A stretch of 64,000 nucleotides of DNA from NCBI RefSeq assembly GCF_009914755.1, contig NC_060942.1, one strand, 5' to 3'. Of this stretch, positions 15,672 through 30,580 are shown in pieces. Numbering within the stretch: position 1 is the stretch's first letter; every line of letters begins with the position of its first letter. The DNA comes from the human T2T-CHM13v2.0 reference genome, Homo sapiens. The position numbers were made by a program, and so were the translations under genes. Under the pieces are notes generated by a model. That model was not told the origin of the DNA. It did not search any database and saw only the letters and a list, made by a program, of their open reading frames with translations.

Positions 15672-16194
15672 TCAAAAGTAGAGGGCTACAGTACAGAAAA
15701 TGTTCTAGGCAAATGGTTGTTTTAAAAATTAAGCAGTTCACCACTGGATGGCTGGGTGGATGGTACCAGTCTGCACTCTGATGACTCCTCATCAACTGCT
15801 TTCTTTTATTGCCTCCTCCCAGATGTCGTTCATCTGCCATTAGACGCAAATACATTTTCCAATTGCACGTTTCATGTTATTTATCCCAATCTAGTATTAT
15901 TCATCCTATTTTTAAATCAGACCTTAAATATTTGACTCTAATTTTCAAACTGATGTTCACAGTAAAGAAAACAAGCCACCATCGACACTATTTGAGCAAA
16001 TGCTCCATTGATTTGAAGGCAATTTAGTGGGACTTCAAAGAGTGTTTTTGAAAAGCAACTGTTTTGGAAGTTTAAACCTCCCAAAGGGTAGGACACTCGA
16101 TACCCCAAATGTGCAGGTCGTAACATCTGGGATGGAAGGAGTTCTTTGTTCAAGTGGTTTAGGGAAATGCTTCTTTAAGTTGATCAAGTTTCTA

Positions 16195-16500
16195 GGCCAG
16201 GCGTGGTGGCTCACGCTTATAATCCCAGCACTTTGGAAGGCCGAGGTGGATCACTTTAGGCCAGGAGTTCAAGACCAGCCTGGCCAACATGGCAAAACCC
16301 TGCCAAAAATACAAAAAGTTAGCCAAGTGTCTGCTAAAAATACAAAAAATTAGCCAAGTGTGGGGGCGCACACCTGTAATCCCAGCTACTCAGGAGGCTG
16401 AGGCAGGAGAATCGTTTGAACCCGCAGGGGTAGACGTTGCAATGAGCCAAGATCATGCCACTGTACTCCAGCCTGGGCAACAATGCGAGACTGTCTCAGA
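16195..16500 (+). mobile_element. AluS with duplicated central linker and no A tail
   Basis: 31-bp duplication at 16300-16361; G-rich run follows the body. Confidence 0.92.
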
Positions 16501-16684
16501 ATGCGGGGTGGGGGTGGGGTGAGGTTGAACAGGTTTCGAAACTGCAGTCTTCTTCAGAACCTTTAACATGCAAATATCTACCATGAAAGCCCAACTCAGG
16601 GATACAAGCAGCCTTTCCCTAATGTATTTGGCCCAGGCCCTCTCCCCCACCTCTGGAGCCTCCCACAGGATTAGCAGTCTATGG

Positions 16685-17013
16685 CACTGGTCCCCAACCT
16701 TTTTGGTACCAGGGACTGGTTTCATGGAAGACAATTTTTTCCATGAGGGTTTAAGGGAGTCCCAGGGGGACAGTTTTGGGATGAAACTGTTCCGCCTTAG
16801 AGCATGAGGCATTTATTAGATTCTCACAAGGAACCCACAACCTAGGTCCCTCGCATGCACTGTTCTCAACAGCGCTCCTGCCACCATGAGAATCTAATGC
16901 CGTTGCTGATCTGAGAGGAGGCGGAGCTCAGGCAATAATGCTCCCTCACCTGCCACTCAGCTCCTGCTGTGCGGTCCAGTACCAGTCTGCAGCCCAGGAG
17001 TTGGGGACCCCTG
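16685..17013. mobile_element. MER1B (hAT-Charlie) with 8-bp TSD gtctatgg
   Basis: TIRs cactggtcccca / tggggacccctg; TSD at 16677-16684 and 17014-17021. Confidence 0.92.
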
Positions 17014-17651
17014 GTCTATGGAACACAATTTGAGATACACTGGCCTGGCTCACCTAAGGCTTCTCTATTGATTCGATGTGTAAGTTCTGTTCTCCCTGTC
17101 TTCTTCAGCTTACAAAGCATCCTTCCCAGACCCTCTCCTTGTAAGCCACTTTAACCTGTCCTCAGGTAAACAGCTGCACACTGCAAAATGACAATTTTTT
17201 CCAGTCACACTTACCATTACTTCAGAACCACCACCTTCAGAATGCTTTATCTAACTGAATGCTGCAGTAGTTAATCTTTTCAAGTACTATTTGCCATTTT
17301 AAACAATTTGGTAGATAAAAGTTTATTCTAATTAGTTGGCACAATGTGTGGGGAAATGTCTGTGTGTACACATGCCCCCTAATACCTCCTATTTCTCCCC
17401 CCACACCGTCACTAACTCCCAGCTTTTGGGGGAACAGGTGGACAGAAACTCTACCCACAATGCCTCCCCATAAAAAATCCTTGCCAATTCCTACATTTTA
17501 AAAAAGTCATTTACAAGCAAATTGAATCTCAAATAAAAGATTTTCCTGCATCTCAGAAATTAACAGTGAAAAAGAGATTATCTCAAATTCTTTCAATTCT
17601 CTTTAGACATAAACAGGGATGAAAAGTTATACCCATCAAAACGCTACCCTT

Positions 17652-17923
17652 GGCCAGATGCAGTGGCTCACACCTGTAATCCCAGCACTTTGGGAGGCCG
17701 AGGTGGGCGGATCACGAGGTCAGGAGATCGAGACCATCCTGACCAATATGGTGAAACCCCGTCTCTACTAAAAATACAAAAATTAGCCAGGTGTGGTGGC
17801 ACACGCCTGTAATCCCAGCTACTCAGGAGGCTGAGGCAGTAGACTGCAGTGAGCCAAGATCGCACCACTGCACTCCAGCCTGGAAACAGAACGAGACTCC
17901 GTCTCAACAACAACAACAAAAAA
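17652..17923 (+). mobile_element. AluS with right-arm deletion and (CAA)n tail
   Basis: ggctgaggcagtagactgcagtgagcc skips about 25 bp of consensus. Confidence 0.93.
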
Positions 17924-18427
17924 GCTACACTTACTCCCAATTTGTCATCTGTTGATTTAGGGATCCTAAGAATATCACAAGTCCACACATGACTTCTGAA
18001 AACCAGCACTTTACATCTGGACATTGGATACATTCAGTGTGACAGGTAACAGAAAATGTCACACAAACGGCAGACAAGTCCCTCCTGCTTCTCAGTGAGA
18101 AAAAAAAGATTTTAAAACTACCTGTTTCCCTTCAGAATCAGTCCTGTAGAAGCCCACAGCTTATCTATGGTACTTTGTCCCAATCCAAAGCCTTCCTATA
18201 TCCCATTCCATCAAGGTCTCTCTACTCTCAGCCATGAAAAGAGAAACCTACATTAAGATGTTCAAATGGAATATCTGCCATCTCAGATTTTCCAGAGACA
18301 TCATGAACTAGGACAAAAATAATCTGTAGCCAGCACCCTCCCCCATATTCTAAGGAAACTGTAGGTTTTGAAACCAATTCAGCCAGGCTTTGCTGCCCAA
18401 AACCTGCCTTAAAAGTATCAAAAGACA

Positions 18428-18782
<355 letters not shown>

Positions 18783-19117
18783 CTAATGGGGTCTACCCTC
18801 CCCTACTTTGCCTCAAACCAAGTTAGAGGGTCTCCAGGGAATAAGTTGAAGTTGCATGTGAGTCCACTGGTGTTTGTCAGGCATAGGAAACTACGCATGG
18901 AAAATTTAAAAGGCTATCCCGATGGACGATCACTGTCAGAATTTGTTGGGACCCAGCAAGTGAGAGTTTCCTGTGGGCCAGATAGGGACTTAGGAATGGG
19001 AGCAGGACTAGATTGTCCTGAGAGGGATTCTACCCAAGAGGACTGCCTGGTGGAAGAGACAATCCCAACCCAGAAGTGGATGGCCCAGAACTAGCTTCTA
19101 AGAGGGGAAATCTACAA

Positions 19118-19130
19118 CGCCATCTAGAGG
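19118..19130 (-). promoter_or_regulatory. CTCF-like motif (CCTCTAGATGGCG on -)
   Basis: Motif match only. Confidence 0.35.
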
Positions 19131-19847
19131 AGCCATGGCTGCACCCAGGGCATGCTGGTGAGAGACGGATGAGGGTCTTGGGTTGGGACAGAGCTTACAG
19201 CATCTAAAATAATTCTTCTCAACTTGGGAATAGTTTGGGCTTTAGGGAACCACAACCCCTGCGAGATTAAACACAGAATTTCGTGTGTATGTGACCAGGT
19301 TGGACTCTCAAATGGGTCTAACCTAATACAGTTAAGAATAGCTGCCCTAGAGGAATAAACACTCCCCATAAAATCTCTCAGCAGAGACATGACAGGTCTC
19401 ATGTAGCAATGATTTCAAAACGGTACTTCCCGATGAGATCTGGGTGTGCAGCCAGCTGCACTGCTGATGAGATGCTGGTCCATGTGTTTTAACCATCAGC
19501 CAAACTGAATGGGACCACCAGCATCACATGAACACGGAACTTAAGACAATGATCAGGTCGCTGCAGCATTTCCTCCCAGAAAGCCGTTTTAGTCCAAGAT
19601 ACAAAGATAACCCCTAATCAAACTCTGGGGACCACCAGCCTCAGTAAAACCATGCAACAGGCTCTGATCTTTCCGTGGGCCTAAGGATGGGAACCTAAAT
19701 TCCAGAAGGAATCTGCTGAGTTGATGTTATCTAATAATAGAAATAGTGACTAAAGCAAAAAGCTGATGCTACACTCAAGAAAATCTTAGTAATAGTTTCC
19801 CAGACTTTCTCCTTTAATCCCTATTTACATTTGGTTTCATTTCTGAC

Positions 19848-19885
19848 TAAAAATACCCACATTAAGTAAAAATACCCACATTAAG
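19848..19885. repeat. Perfect tandem duplication, 2 x 19 bp
   Basis: taaaaatacccacattaag twice. Confidence 0.95.
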
Positions 19886-19979
19886 CAACAGAACAAATTC
19901 AGCCTTAAGTGTTCAGCAATGGAGTTTAACGTAATCTCCAAATATAATTATACCATTAGTTAAATGGCTGTATAATTAG

Positions 19980-20200
19980 TGGCACAGGAAATGACCATAT
20001 GTTATGTGAAAAAAATATGTACCCACAGGATCTCAAAAATAAGAAATACATAAATAGAAAAAAGACTGGAAGGATATGCACTAAAACAGCAATAACATTA
20101 CCTGTCTGATGCAGTTATTTTTGTATTGTTTTCATACTTTGTAGTTTTCTGTATTTTCCAGATTTTTTTCTGCTTTTGTAATCAGACTTTGTAATCAATT
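19980..20200 (+). mobile_element. L1ME-like 3' fragment
   Basis: aaatagaaaaaagactggaaggatatgcactaaaac..ttttgtaatcag. Confidence 0.55.
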
Positions 20201-21101
20201 TACTCTGCAAGGCTTATTCCTAACAACTGGGTTGGCAGAAAACTGTGTTCATTTTTTTCAAAAAGAATATTCTGTCTAGTTCGTATAATACAGTCTACAG
20301 TCAAAGGAAATGCACGCATATTAGAACTTTCCCTCCACCTGTGAATAATTACCTCCAATTTATCAAAATGTGCAATGTTCATCTAGGTACTTATAAGGAG
20401 AGAAGGACAGAATTTTCAAATTCTGTTATTTGGTACACATTTCAATTGTTTCGATGGAATAAAAATTCAGTTCTGAATAAATAAGTACACAAAGCTTTCA
20501 ACTTTAGAGTTTTGAGTAAAAATTTATTTTAAAAAGTGTTCTCATGTTGTATGATTGTGTAGGAGGGAGACACACAGAGACAGTAAGTTATCTACTAGAT
20601 TATTCCCCGAAACTACAAAATATTGGGAGTTTTGCATATACTGTCTTCTCCAGTCTATCTCAGAGAGCTACCATATGTGAACAAATCCTTACATCAAAAC
20701 TATGTGACAAAGAGAACATAGTTAAATGAAGGTCAAAATGAGAAAAGTGTATGAACACGATGGAAAAAATTCCAGGTTGCCCTGTGTCAGGTCTCCCCAT
20801 AAAACACAGGGAGCTGTGGACCCTCAATAAGAATAGCTTGCTGAGCAGAGCAAGTTAGAAGCCTACTCAGTAAGTGTGAGGCAGCTGGAGCATAAACACA
20901 CACACATTCCCTTTTTCCCTCCATTTAATGGTGGAGAAAAGAAAGAAGAACTGAGCCAGCCAGAGCTGCTAGTTTGTTTTAAAGACCTGGATACATAAAT
21001 GCTTGGAGAACCGGGTGGCTGGGCCTCACAGAACCCTGTGACAGACTAACCTCAGTTTCTGGAACCCTTTAGCTGATGAGTTTGTAAACACAGGTATCAG
21101 C

Positions 21102-21403
<302 letters not shown>

Positions 21404-22134
21404 TCAGCAGCTGGAACAGGGCAACTTTTGGTGCACAGAGACCAACTCAGCTAGTGATGGGTGCAGCCTGCACCACAGCCCAGACCTTGGCTTTGAACAG
21501 GGCCCAACTGGCCAGGCTTTGTCCAGCGTCCCTTCCTCTTTCATCTCCTTGTATTTCTTCAACCAAGTTTAGCTCCTCTCAGAGATGCCCAGGTTAGAGC
21601 TGTGAGAATCTAATACTAATTGGTGTCATCAGCTGATAATGCATACATCTACATCTGATCCCTACTGACACGCTTCAAACTAACTGCAGGCATTTAAACA
21701 CAGGGAAAGGGGGAGAGTGTCTGAGGAGAGGACGATTCAGTGGTCCATCAAGACTATTTTTTACAAACTTCAATGTGTATTTCTAACAGTGGACAGAAAG
21801 CATCCCATGAAACCTAGCACAGGACTGTTACCAGACATGAGAAACTTTCATCCTTGCCCATTATCTTATAGACAACAGCGGCCATCTGGAGATCTGCGCA
21901 CTGCCCCTTGGAATCTGGTTGTTGTACCTCTGGGCTCATCCCCTCCTGCCCCTCCCTACTGGGACTCCATCAGTTTTGTGAGCACAGCAAATACACTGTG
22001 CATGTCAAACATCCTGGGAAGCAGTTTAACGTTTAACAGTTGATGCGGTGCAAGACTGACATGCAAGACAAAAATTCACACCCAGCCCTCAAGTTTACCA
22101 AAATGAAAAAGTCCTTTATAAGTTAAAGCTTTAC

Positions 22135-22350
22135 GTGTAATGATAGCAGCTCTTGTTAATAAAGCACCATAATAACAGACAGACATTTACACAGATCAAC
22201 TACATCATTCTCACAGCCAGTGTTACAGATGCAGAAATAGCCTCAGAGATGTCAAGGCAAGGACCCTCTGCCTACACTTTAGCAAGGGACAGAATGTGGA
22301 TTCCCATTCCTCATTCTTGCTGAATCCAAAGCCCATGCTCTTTCAAATGT
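22135..22350 (-). mobile_element. MIR
   Basis: ttacagatgcagaaatagcctcagaga..tccaaagcccatgctcttt. Confidence 0.55.
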
Positions 22351-24494
22351 AACATCTTGCCATCTCAGGCTGCTGTTGGACTGTAATAGTAACCTATGCC
22401 CTTTTCATTCCTGTCTCACAACACAAAAGTAAAAGTGGGGGTGGATGAATGCAAGCAGCCCACATGCTCCAGCACTCACAGAGCTCATGTTACGGGCTGG
22501 GGCCATCCCAGTTTAGGTGCTGACACTCCAAGAGTCACTAGGCTGGGGCTCTGGCCTGGAGCTCTGAGCCTTGGGGTCCCACTGACCAGAAATGACCATG
22601 GAAGAGCATCTTCAAGGGGCACATGGGAAAGGAGGGAGGGGTCCCAGACAGGCCTTCCCCACTTGTTTTAGTGGCACTTGGGGGTGGGGGAGCACAGGTG
22701 AGCCATCTCCACCCAGCTGGGAGCCACCCTCCAAAGTCCGCTCTCCTTCCTCCACTTGGTTCCCAGCTTCAAGGCCACAGGTGTGACTTCAAATATGGCA
22801 GAATCCACAGACAGAACTAATTTTCAGAAGCTTCTGCTCACAGAACCATAATTATTCTCAGAATCATAAGAGGGAACTGTTTCTTTTAAAAATAAATAAA
22901 CAGATATACAGCACTAAGGCAGTTTCCATTGTCCACCCCTGCCCAGATACAAAGTCAGGTGAGATGGGAGAGACCAAGCCCAGCACACCCAAAAAGCAGC
23001 ATCCAAGCTCTCCACTCCAAGCAGAAGAGGCTCCAGACCTCTAGAGTGACCCCCTTCCTCCCTAGGTTCCTCCATGTAATGACATTTAGCCTCCTGTTCC
23101 CTTCAGCTTTTCACGATCCCATGGGAAACTCCCAACGTGACTGGGTTCAGAAAGTCTGGCGCGTTAAAAGGTACCTAATCCTGTTAGTGTGCGGGATAAT
23201 CGTTTCAGAGAAGACCTCAGCACCAGCTTATACTAAGTGCAATTTCCTCTGAAGTTATTATCCCAGCCGGAATTTGAATTGTAAAGTATTTCTGATGCCC
23301 TGGGAAAGCTCACCACGCATTCCAGAACCGCACTTCTCCCTCTAAGTCTCTCTCTGCTTGGAATTTACAGCCGCCTCTTCTGGTTACCAAACATCTTTAT
23401 TCATCATGAATTTCTCCACTCTCACTGCCTTGCATGTTGTACTGGAGAACAAGCCCATCCTCCCTACCGATCCTGTACCTGGGCAAGGGGCTCTGAAGTT
23501 GGAAATAGGCTTAGTCCTCGGTGGCCAAGCAGAAGCAGGAACAGATGAGTGATAAGGAAACAAAGATTCCTTTCCTGGCCTGTATGCCAGGGAAAATGGA
23601 GAGGAACATCATCCACATAGCTTCAAGACAGACAGACTGTGGCATAGCCTGAGAAACTCCATCACTTAGGGGTCAAGGTAAATAGCTGAAGTTTATTAAG
23701 AACTAACCTTTTCCTCGCCACAGCCAGCTAATCAACTTGGATATAGGGTGGGATTTCTTAATATCATCCAAAATTGTGATGACTTTTTACCCAATTCCCT
23801 TTCTTCAAAGGTATGAATAGAAGCAACAAGCCTAAGCTATAGAAAGATAAGAACCTAGGATCTCACCAATTACAATGTGTTCCAGGGAAAATACGTTCTA
23901 CTTACTTAGGAAGTGTTCCTTGGCACCATGAAGCAAGTTGACACACATGAGTTGTTGCAGGCACTGGGGTTTCCTGCCCCAGTTCTTGCTGGCATTGGAA
24001 AATGAGCGTCCATACCACCGGGTTATGGGAACAAAACCAGGCAATTCTGAATGGAAAACTACCACCACCTTTTTGGGACAGGTTTTTAAACGAGACTGCA
24101 TGCCAAACGCTGGTTCATCCTCTTGGGCTCAGTTTAGCTCCTTTTTCTGTGAGGGATTAGGCTGGCAGTCATTCACAGAACTAAATCAAGATTTTTCTGC
24201 ACTATTAGTTTCCTTCTGAGAATCAAAGAATGTGTTAGCTATGGCTCAGCAGACCTTAGCAAGGATCTTTCCTGAGATGGAACGTGATTGACAGGGAATG
24301 AGTTAATCTTCTGCAGCTCTAAATATGGCATTTTTCTAGGCAAGACCGTCAGAGAAAAGGACATGCTCCATCTACAAATAAAGTAGAACTAGTGATGTGG
24401 CGGTGTGTCTTCAAACTCCAGAGAAAGGCACTGGGCCCCACCTTGTAGTTCATGTAAATATCAGTCCTGGGAAAGGGAAGTGGAAAGCCAGTGC

Positions 24495-24925
24495 TTTTTG
24501 TGAAAGTGTATGTGGTACATGAGAATTTTTTTACACATATACAGTGTGTAGCAATCAAGTCAGTGTATTCAGGGTGTCCATTATCAAGATACAATACATC
24601 TTTGTTAAGTATAGTCATCCTGCTCTGCTATCAATCATTGAATTTATTCCTTCTATCTTACTGTATGTTTTTAATCTTTAACCCATTTCTTTTCATCCTT
24701 CCCTCTCCCACCCTTCCCAGTCTCTTATTTTTCCACTCTATCATCTGTTCAAATTTTTGTTTAGCTCCTAAATGTGAATGCGAACATGTGATATTTGTCT
24801 TTTTGTTCCTGGCTTATTTCATTTAACACAATGACCTCCAGTTTCATCCAAGTTACTGCAAATGGCAGGATTTCATTTTGATGGCTGAATAGTATTCCAT
24901 TTCACTTACATACTACACCTTTCTT
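24495..24925 (-). mobile_element. L1MA-like 3' end
   Basis: tatagtcatcctgctctgctatcaa..gaatttattccttctatct..atggctgaatagtattccat. Confidence 0.85.
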
Positions 24926-25361
24926 TAAAAATCTCAGCCTTGGAATCGAAGAATCAAGAAAAACTCAGCCAACTCATGGGTTACACAAGTTGAGGATGCC
25001 ACCTGATTATCAACAGGTACTGCTCATCAATAGCACCGTTGGGACTCTGCCACTTAGGCAGGGACCAGCCTGAGCCCAAAGGTGAATGGGGTAAATTCCT
25101 CCAGTTCCTTCGGCATGGTTTGTAGGATCAGTAAAGGTAACACAAACTGACTCCCCCCCTTTTTTTTTTAATGTAAACTCCATAGCCTAGAATAAAATAC
25201 TATAAATTTAAGAAAGCTTAGGTCTATAAAACTAACATTTTATAACAATGAAGAGAAAGAAAGAGGAGAAGCAGCTACCACTGTGAGAGAGCACTCGGAG
25301 TCCCGCTCAGACTCAGAGCCAAATGGGAAAGACATTTTTCCCAGCTAAAGAAAGGATTTTC

Positions 25362-25654
25362 GGCCGGGCGCAGTGGCTCCCGCCTGTAATCCCAGCACTT
25401 CGGGAGGCCGAGGCGGGTGGATCATGGGGTCAGGAGATTGAGACCATCCTGGCTAACACGGTGAAACCCCATCTCTACTAAAAATACAGAAAATTAGCCG
25501 GGCGTGGCGGCGGGCGCCTGTAGTCCCAGCTACTCAGGAGGCTGAGGCAGGAGAATGGTGTGAACCTGGGAGGCGGAGCTTGCAGTGAACCGAGAACGCA
25601 CCACTGCACTCCAGCCTGGGAAACAAAGTGAGACTCCGTCTCAAAAAAAAAAAA
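25362..25654 (+). mobile_element. AluY
   Basis: Y-diagnostic positions, CpG-rich; TSD aaaggattttc. Confidence 0.95.
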
Positions 25655-25779
25655 GGATTTTCAGTCCCAGTGTAGTTTGATGCCAGCCCCCCGTTAAAGG
25701 AACTTACTTTTATAGAAAACTATGAAAAGGCAGTGGCATTGGACCGTTCTAAACATTTCACTTCTCAGTCCTCACTTAC

Positions 25780-25932
25780 CATGTTCCAAAAAGTCAGCAT
25801 GTATACGTGTGGCATAAACCTGGACAAGATATTCCCTCTGATCTCTGGCCCTCTCCTCCAGCCCTCTCCAAGAGGGACATTGTCCTTGCCTCCTATCCCA
25901 GAGAGCTGGCAAATATTCCCCTACCCAGGGGT
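25780..25932 (-). other. Candidate 153-nt exon of a minus-strand transcript
   Basis: Acceptor tggttctcaccag| and donor catg|gtaagtga; unverified. Confidence 0.2.
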
Positions 25933-26149
25933 CTGGTGAGAACCAAACCAGGCTTCTCAATGACTCTTGAACATGGCTGAAGGTCCTTCCTTCAAGAAAG
26001 GAGACAGATATCAAAATTGTTCATACCCAGGTTAAGGTTAAACAATCTGGTCATGCTACTTTTTTAATCCATCTGCCTGGCACAACCAATATATCTGGGG
26101 ACTCATCACTCACTAGACAAAAATCATAAACAAATCACATAGCTTAAAG

Positions 26150-26340
26150 GCTATTTGGAATACTCACCCTGTGCCAAACAGGACTGTGTGCTTTTCACAT
26201 TGTCTGCCAATTTTTTCCCCCACAACAACCCTATGAGATTAGTGCCATGATTTCTGCTGAGGAAATTAAAGCACAGAGAAGTTAAGAAAATTGACCAAGG
26301 TCACCCAGTAAATCCCCAAATCCATTTTCTCAACATTGAT
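26150..26340 (-). mobile_element. MIR
   Basis: cacaacaaccctatgaga..tgaggaaattaaagcacagagaagttaag..tgaccaaggtcac. Confidence 0.8.
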
Positions 26341-27039
26341 GCTGCTCTATGCTTCCCAATAGAGTTAAAAAAAATTAAAAAATTAAAAATCCCACGCTGA
26401 CATCCAGGGGTTAAATTCAGAACCAGGCACAGCACTGTTTTTCACTAGACTTTTAATTCAAAACCAAAAATAAGTTTTAGTTACAACCCAATTTGTTACT
26501 GATCCCTCTGATGAGAGTAGGAAATCGTATCAGAGATAGGTTATTTGATGACTGCATATAAAATTCAAATTCTTATGGACATATCATAAGCAAAAATGTT
26601 GGATTAATAAGGAACACTGATACATAAAACTACTGATGCTAGAGATATTTATAGCTAGAAGGCTTTACACATTCCTAAAATATCACATTAGAGACAGAAA
26701 GAAGCATCATTCAATGTTTTAAAAGTAGGTTGGAAAAAAAAGATTAGCATTATAATTAATGACAGAAGAGTGAAACATTCTGTTCTGTTTAATGGCCAAG
26801 TACTGATGGGATAAACAGTGAAGAAGGAAAACACCATTGCCTATCCAGGACTTTTTCTTTTGATCACAGATCATTTCTCTCTGGCCAGCCTGGTATAAAG
26901 TAATGTATGATGGAAATAAAAAAGGAAGAAAGCCTTCACCATGAAACAAAAGCCTACCCAGCACGGGTTTTGTTTGGGCACACGCGTATGTGTGGCAGCA
27001 ATATGGTGTGGAAAGAACTGGGAAAAACAGCCCAGAGAA

Positions 27040-27919
<880 letters not shown>

Positions 27920-28204
27920 TTAGATAATGTTGGTTTGTGACTGTAACATTAACATGCTCCATTCAACATGGGAATCCAAGGACCAAGTCCATGCAGGAGT
28001 GGGAGAGCCAGTCCCTGAGCACAAGTCTTGCTCACTGGCTGGGGCAATGTCAGGGAAGGGTCCAGGAGACAGAGGCTGAGCCACTGAGTGGAAACATGTC
28101 AAGTGTCATGAGGAGATGAGGGACAAGCTTCAAGGGCTTATTAAAAAAACATTTGAATTCAGTTTCTCTCCACAGGTTTTTCAGTACAGGTCCATATGGA
28201 GATC

Positions 28205-28382
28205 CTTTGGGCTTTTTACAGGCAATGAAGTCTCTGTTTCCCCTCAGCTCTGCTCCTGTAGCAGGAATGCAGCCATAGACAACATGTAAGGAAGTAGGTG
28301 TGGCTATGTTCCAATAAAACTTTATTTACAAGAATAGGCAGCAGTCAGACTCAGCTAATGAGCTGGTTTTGCCAACCTCCAA
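28205..28382. mobile_element. MER58A-like (hAT-Charlie)
   Basis: ctcagctctgc..gcagccatagacaa..gtgtggctatgttccaataaaactttatttac..tttgccaacc. Confidence 0.85.
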
Positions 28383-30290
28383 GAAAGAAGACAATTCCAT
28401 CAGAACATCCCACAAAAGGCAGGCAGGGCTACGGAGGGCCCACTGACAACAGCTGCTGGCCAAAGCCCATCTGCACATGAAGCCACTGTACACAAGTTCC
28501 AGAGGACTTTCACTCCCCCATCAGATGCTGCAGCCCCATCTGAATGCACTAGAAGTTAACATACCACCACTGGGAAAGCAGACAGAACACCACATTCACT
28601 TTTCATGAGCCTGACAGCAAGTCTAGGATGTTTTCACAAACCTGTAAATAACCTGGTCCGGCTGGCAATTTCTTCTAAATGTTGACTCTCTGTGAATGTA
28701 GTGACCAGGGTTACCAAAACATGAAGGGGTGGTGGGAGGAAAAGGCAAGGAGGAGGAGGTTATCCTCAATATAACTTCTGCTTTTGAATCTTTGCAAAAG
28801 CCTCATGATTACTCCCAAAGAAGTGAACATGCATGCTATAATTTTACAATTATATTATTAAATAAGCAGATCCACTTCAATTGAATCAGAAAAAGTGTTA
28901 AGTTAAATAGGATGGGGTAAGATTTCTGAGGGCACTAGAGTTGACTGAATTTTCTAGTACTTAATGAAACAAGAAAGTATATTTTGTACTATACATAAAT
29001 AGAGCAGAAATTTTAATCACCCTATAAAACATTCATGTTTGTGGCTTATTTCACTGCAGAACATGAAGGGTTTTGAGTTTTATTAAATCTTAGGAGAGCA
29101 ACTATTCAAACAATGAATTATTTTCTTGGGTACCTGGTAATTGCTAGTTTGCAATATATTTTAAGTGGAAGGGGGTTAATTTACCTTCCGCGGAGCCAAT
29201 GCTTTAAATTGGTCTTAAAGGAAGAATTTAAGGACGCCGCTCTGAGAACATGAATTCCAGGTCATTAGTTTCAGTTCCTGATGGCCAGAAACAACATCTG
29301 GGCCTAATTATTTGTATGTGCATCTAGCGGGCAATTGGTTGGCTAATTAATATATTTTAAGAGGTCAGCATTTTTAGTGATAGAGTTGTAAACACAAGAC
29401 TTATTTTGTCTAAAGAGCAAATGCTAATTTTGTAGGCTTCCTCTACGATAGAGACTTCTCAGTATTATCTTACACTAATATGACCACAACCGTTGGTTAC
29501 AGAGTGTAGACAGGGTCAAGAACATCTATCTTGGGATGCTTCAGCACCTAGAGACCACCATTGTAATCTGCCATTAGCTAAGCCCAGAAACCCCAACAGG
29601 CAGAAAAAACTTACTGCTAAGAAGATGAATATAGGGTCTCAGATGCAGTTTACTGGCTTCATGAATTCATCCCCTGGGAGCAATGGAATGGACAGGCCAG
29701 GACCCCAGAATGTCTCCACCCTTTGTCTTTCACAGCCTAAGATTCTGCCTTGAGCCTTCCATTTCCTTGGTCCCTGCATCTCTAGAAGTCCTTTGTAAAA
29801 ATTAAATTACCCTGAAAGCTACAAATTGCATGCGTATGCTACAACAAATGGTTTCAGATTTACTCATGCTACCTAGAAAAGCATCCAGCCAATGAGACCT
29901 AGGACAGATGTGTGCGAGGGTAGAGAAGAAGGTGTCAGAGCTTCAAGGCATGCCCAGGACGGAGAGGTGGTTCCACAGTGTGAAAGGCTGAACAGCCAGG
30001 GAATGCCAAGGCTGTGACTATAGACTGAAAAATTACACACTTAAAGGGAGAAGGGAGGAGAGTAGAGATCCTGAAGACCAACGTCCCTGCCTCCATTTGT
30101 ATCCAACCCTGACAGGGCAGGGCCCTATGCAGTTTTCTTTGCACACAGTGCACCCAACCCTCAGAGTCCCAGGGAGCTTTTAAAAAAGAGGATTGCTTTC
30201 ATTCATTCTTGAGTTTTAAGATCATTGATGACACCACTCTTTAGGCTCAACAACTGAGAAAAACTCTGATGAAGGGAAAAACATACATTG

Positions 30291-30580
30291 GGCCAAGCAT
30301 GGTGGCTCACGCCTATAATCCCAGCACTTTGGGATCTGAGGCGGACAGATCACCTGAGGCCAGGAGTTCGAGACCAGACTGGCCAACATGATGAAACCAC
30401 GTCTCTACTGAGAAAACAAAATTAGCCGGGCGTGGTGGCACATGCCTGTAATCTCAACTACTCAAGAGGCTGAGGCAGGAGAAATCGCTCGAACCCGGGA
30501 GGTGGAGGTTGCAGTGAGCCCAGATTGTGCCACTGCACTCCAGCCTGGGCAACAACAACAAACAACAACAACAACAACAG
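30291..30580 (+). mobile_element. AluS with (CAA)n tail
   Basis: Dimeric Alu; atacatt on both flanks. Confidence 0.93.

Noticed and set aside
17209-17260. Minus-strand donor atg|gtaagtg
   Set aside because: No convincing upstream polypyrimidine acceptor; an isolated match is expected by chance.
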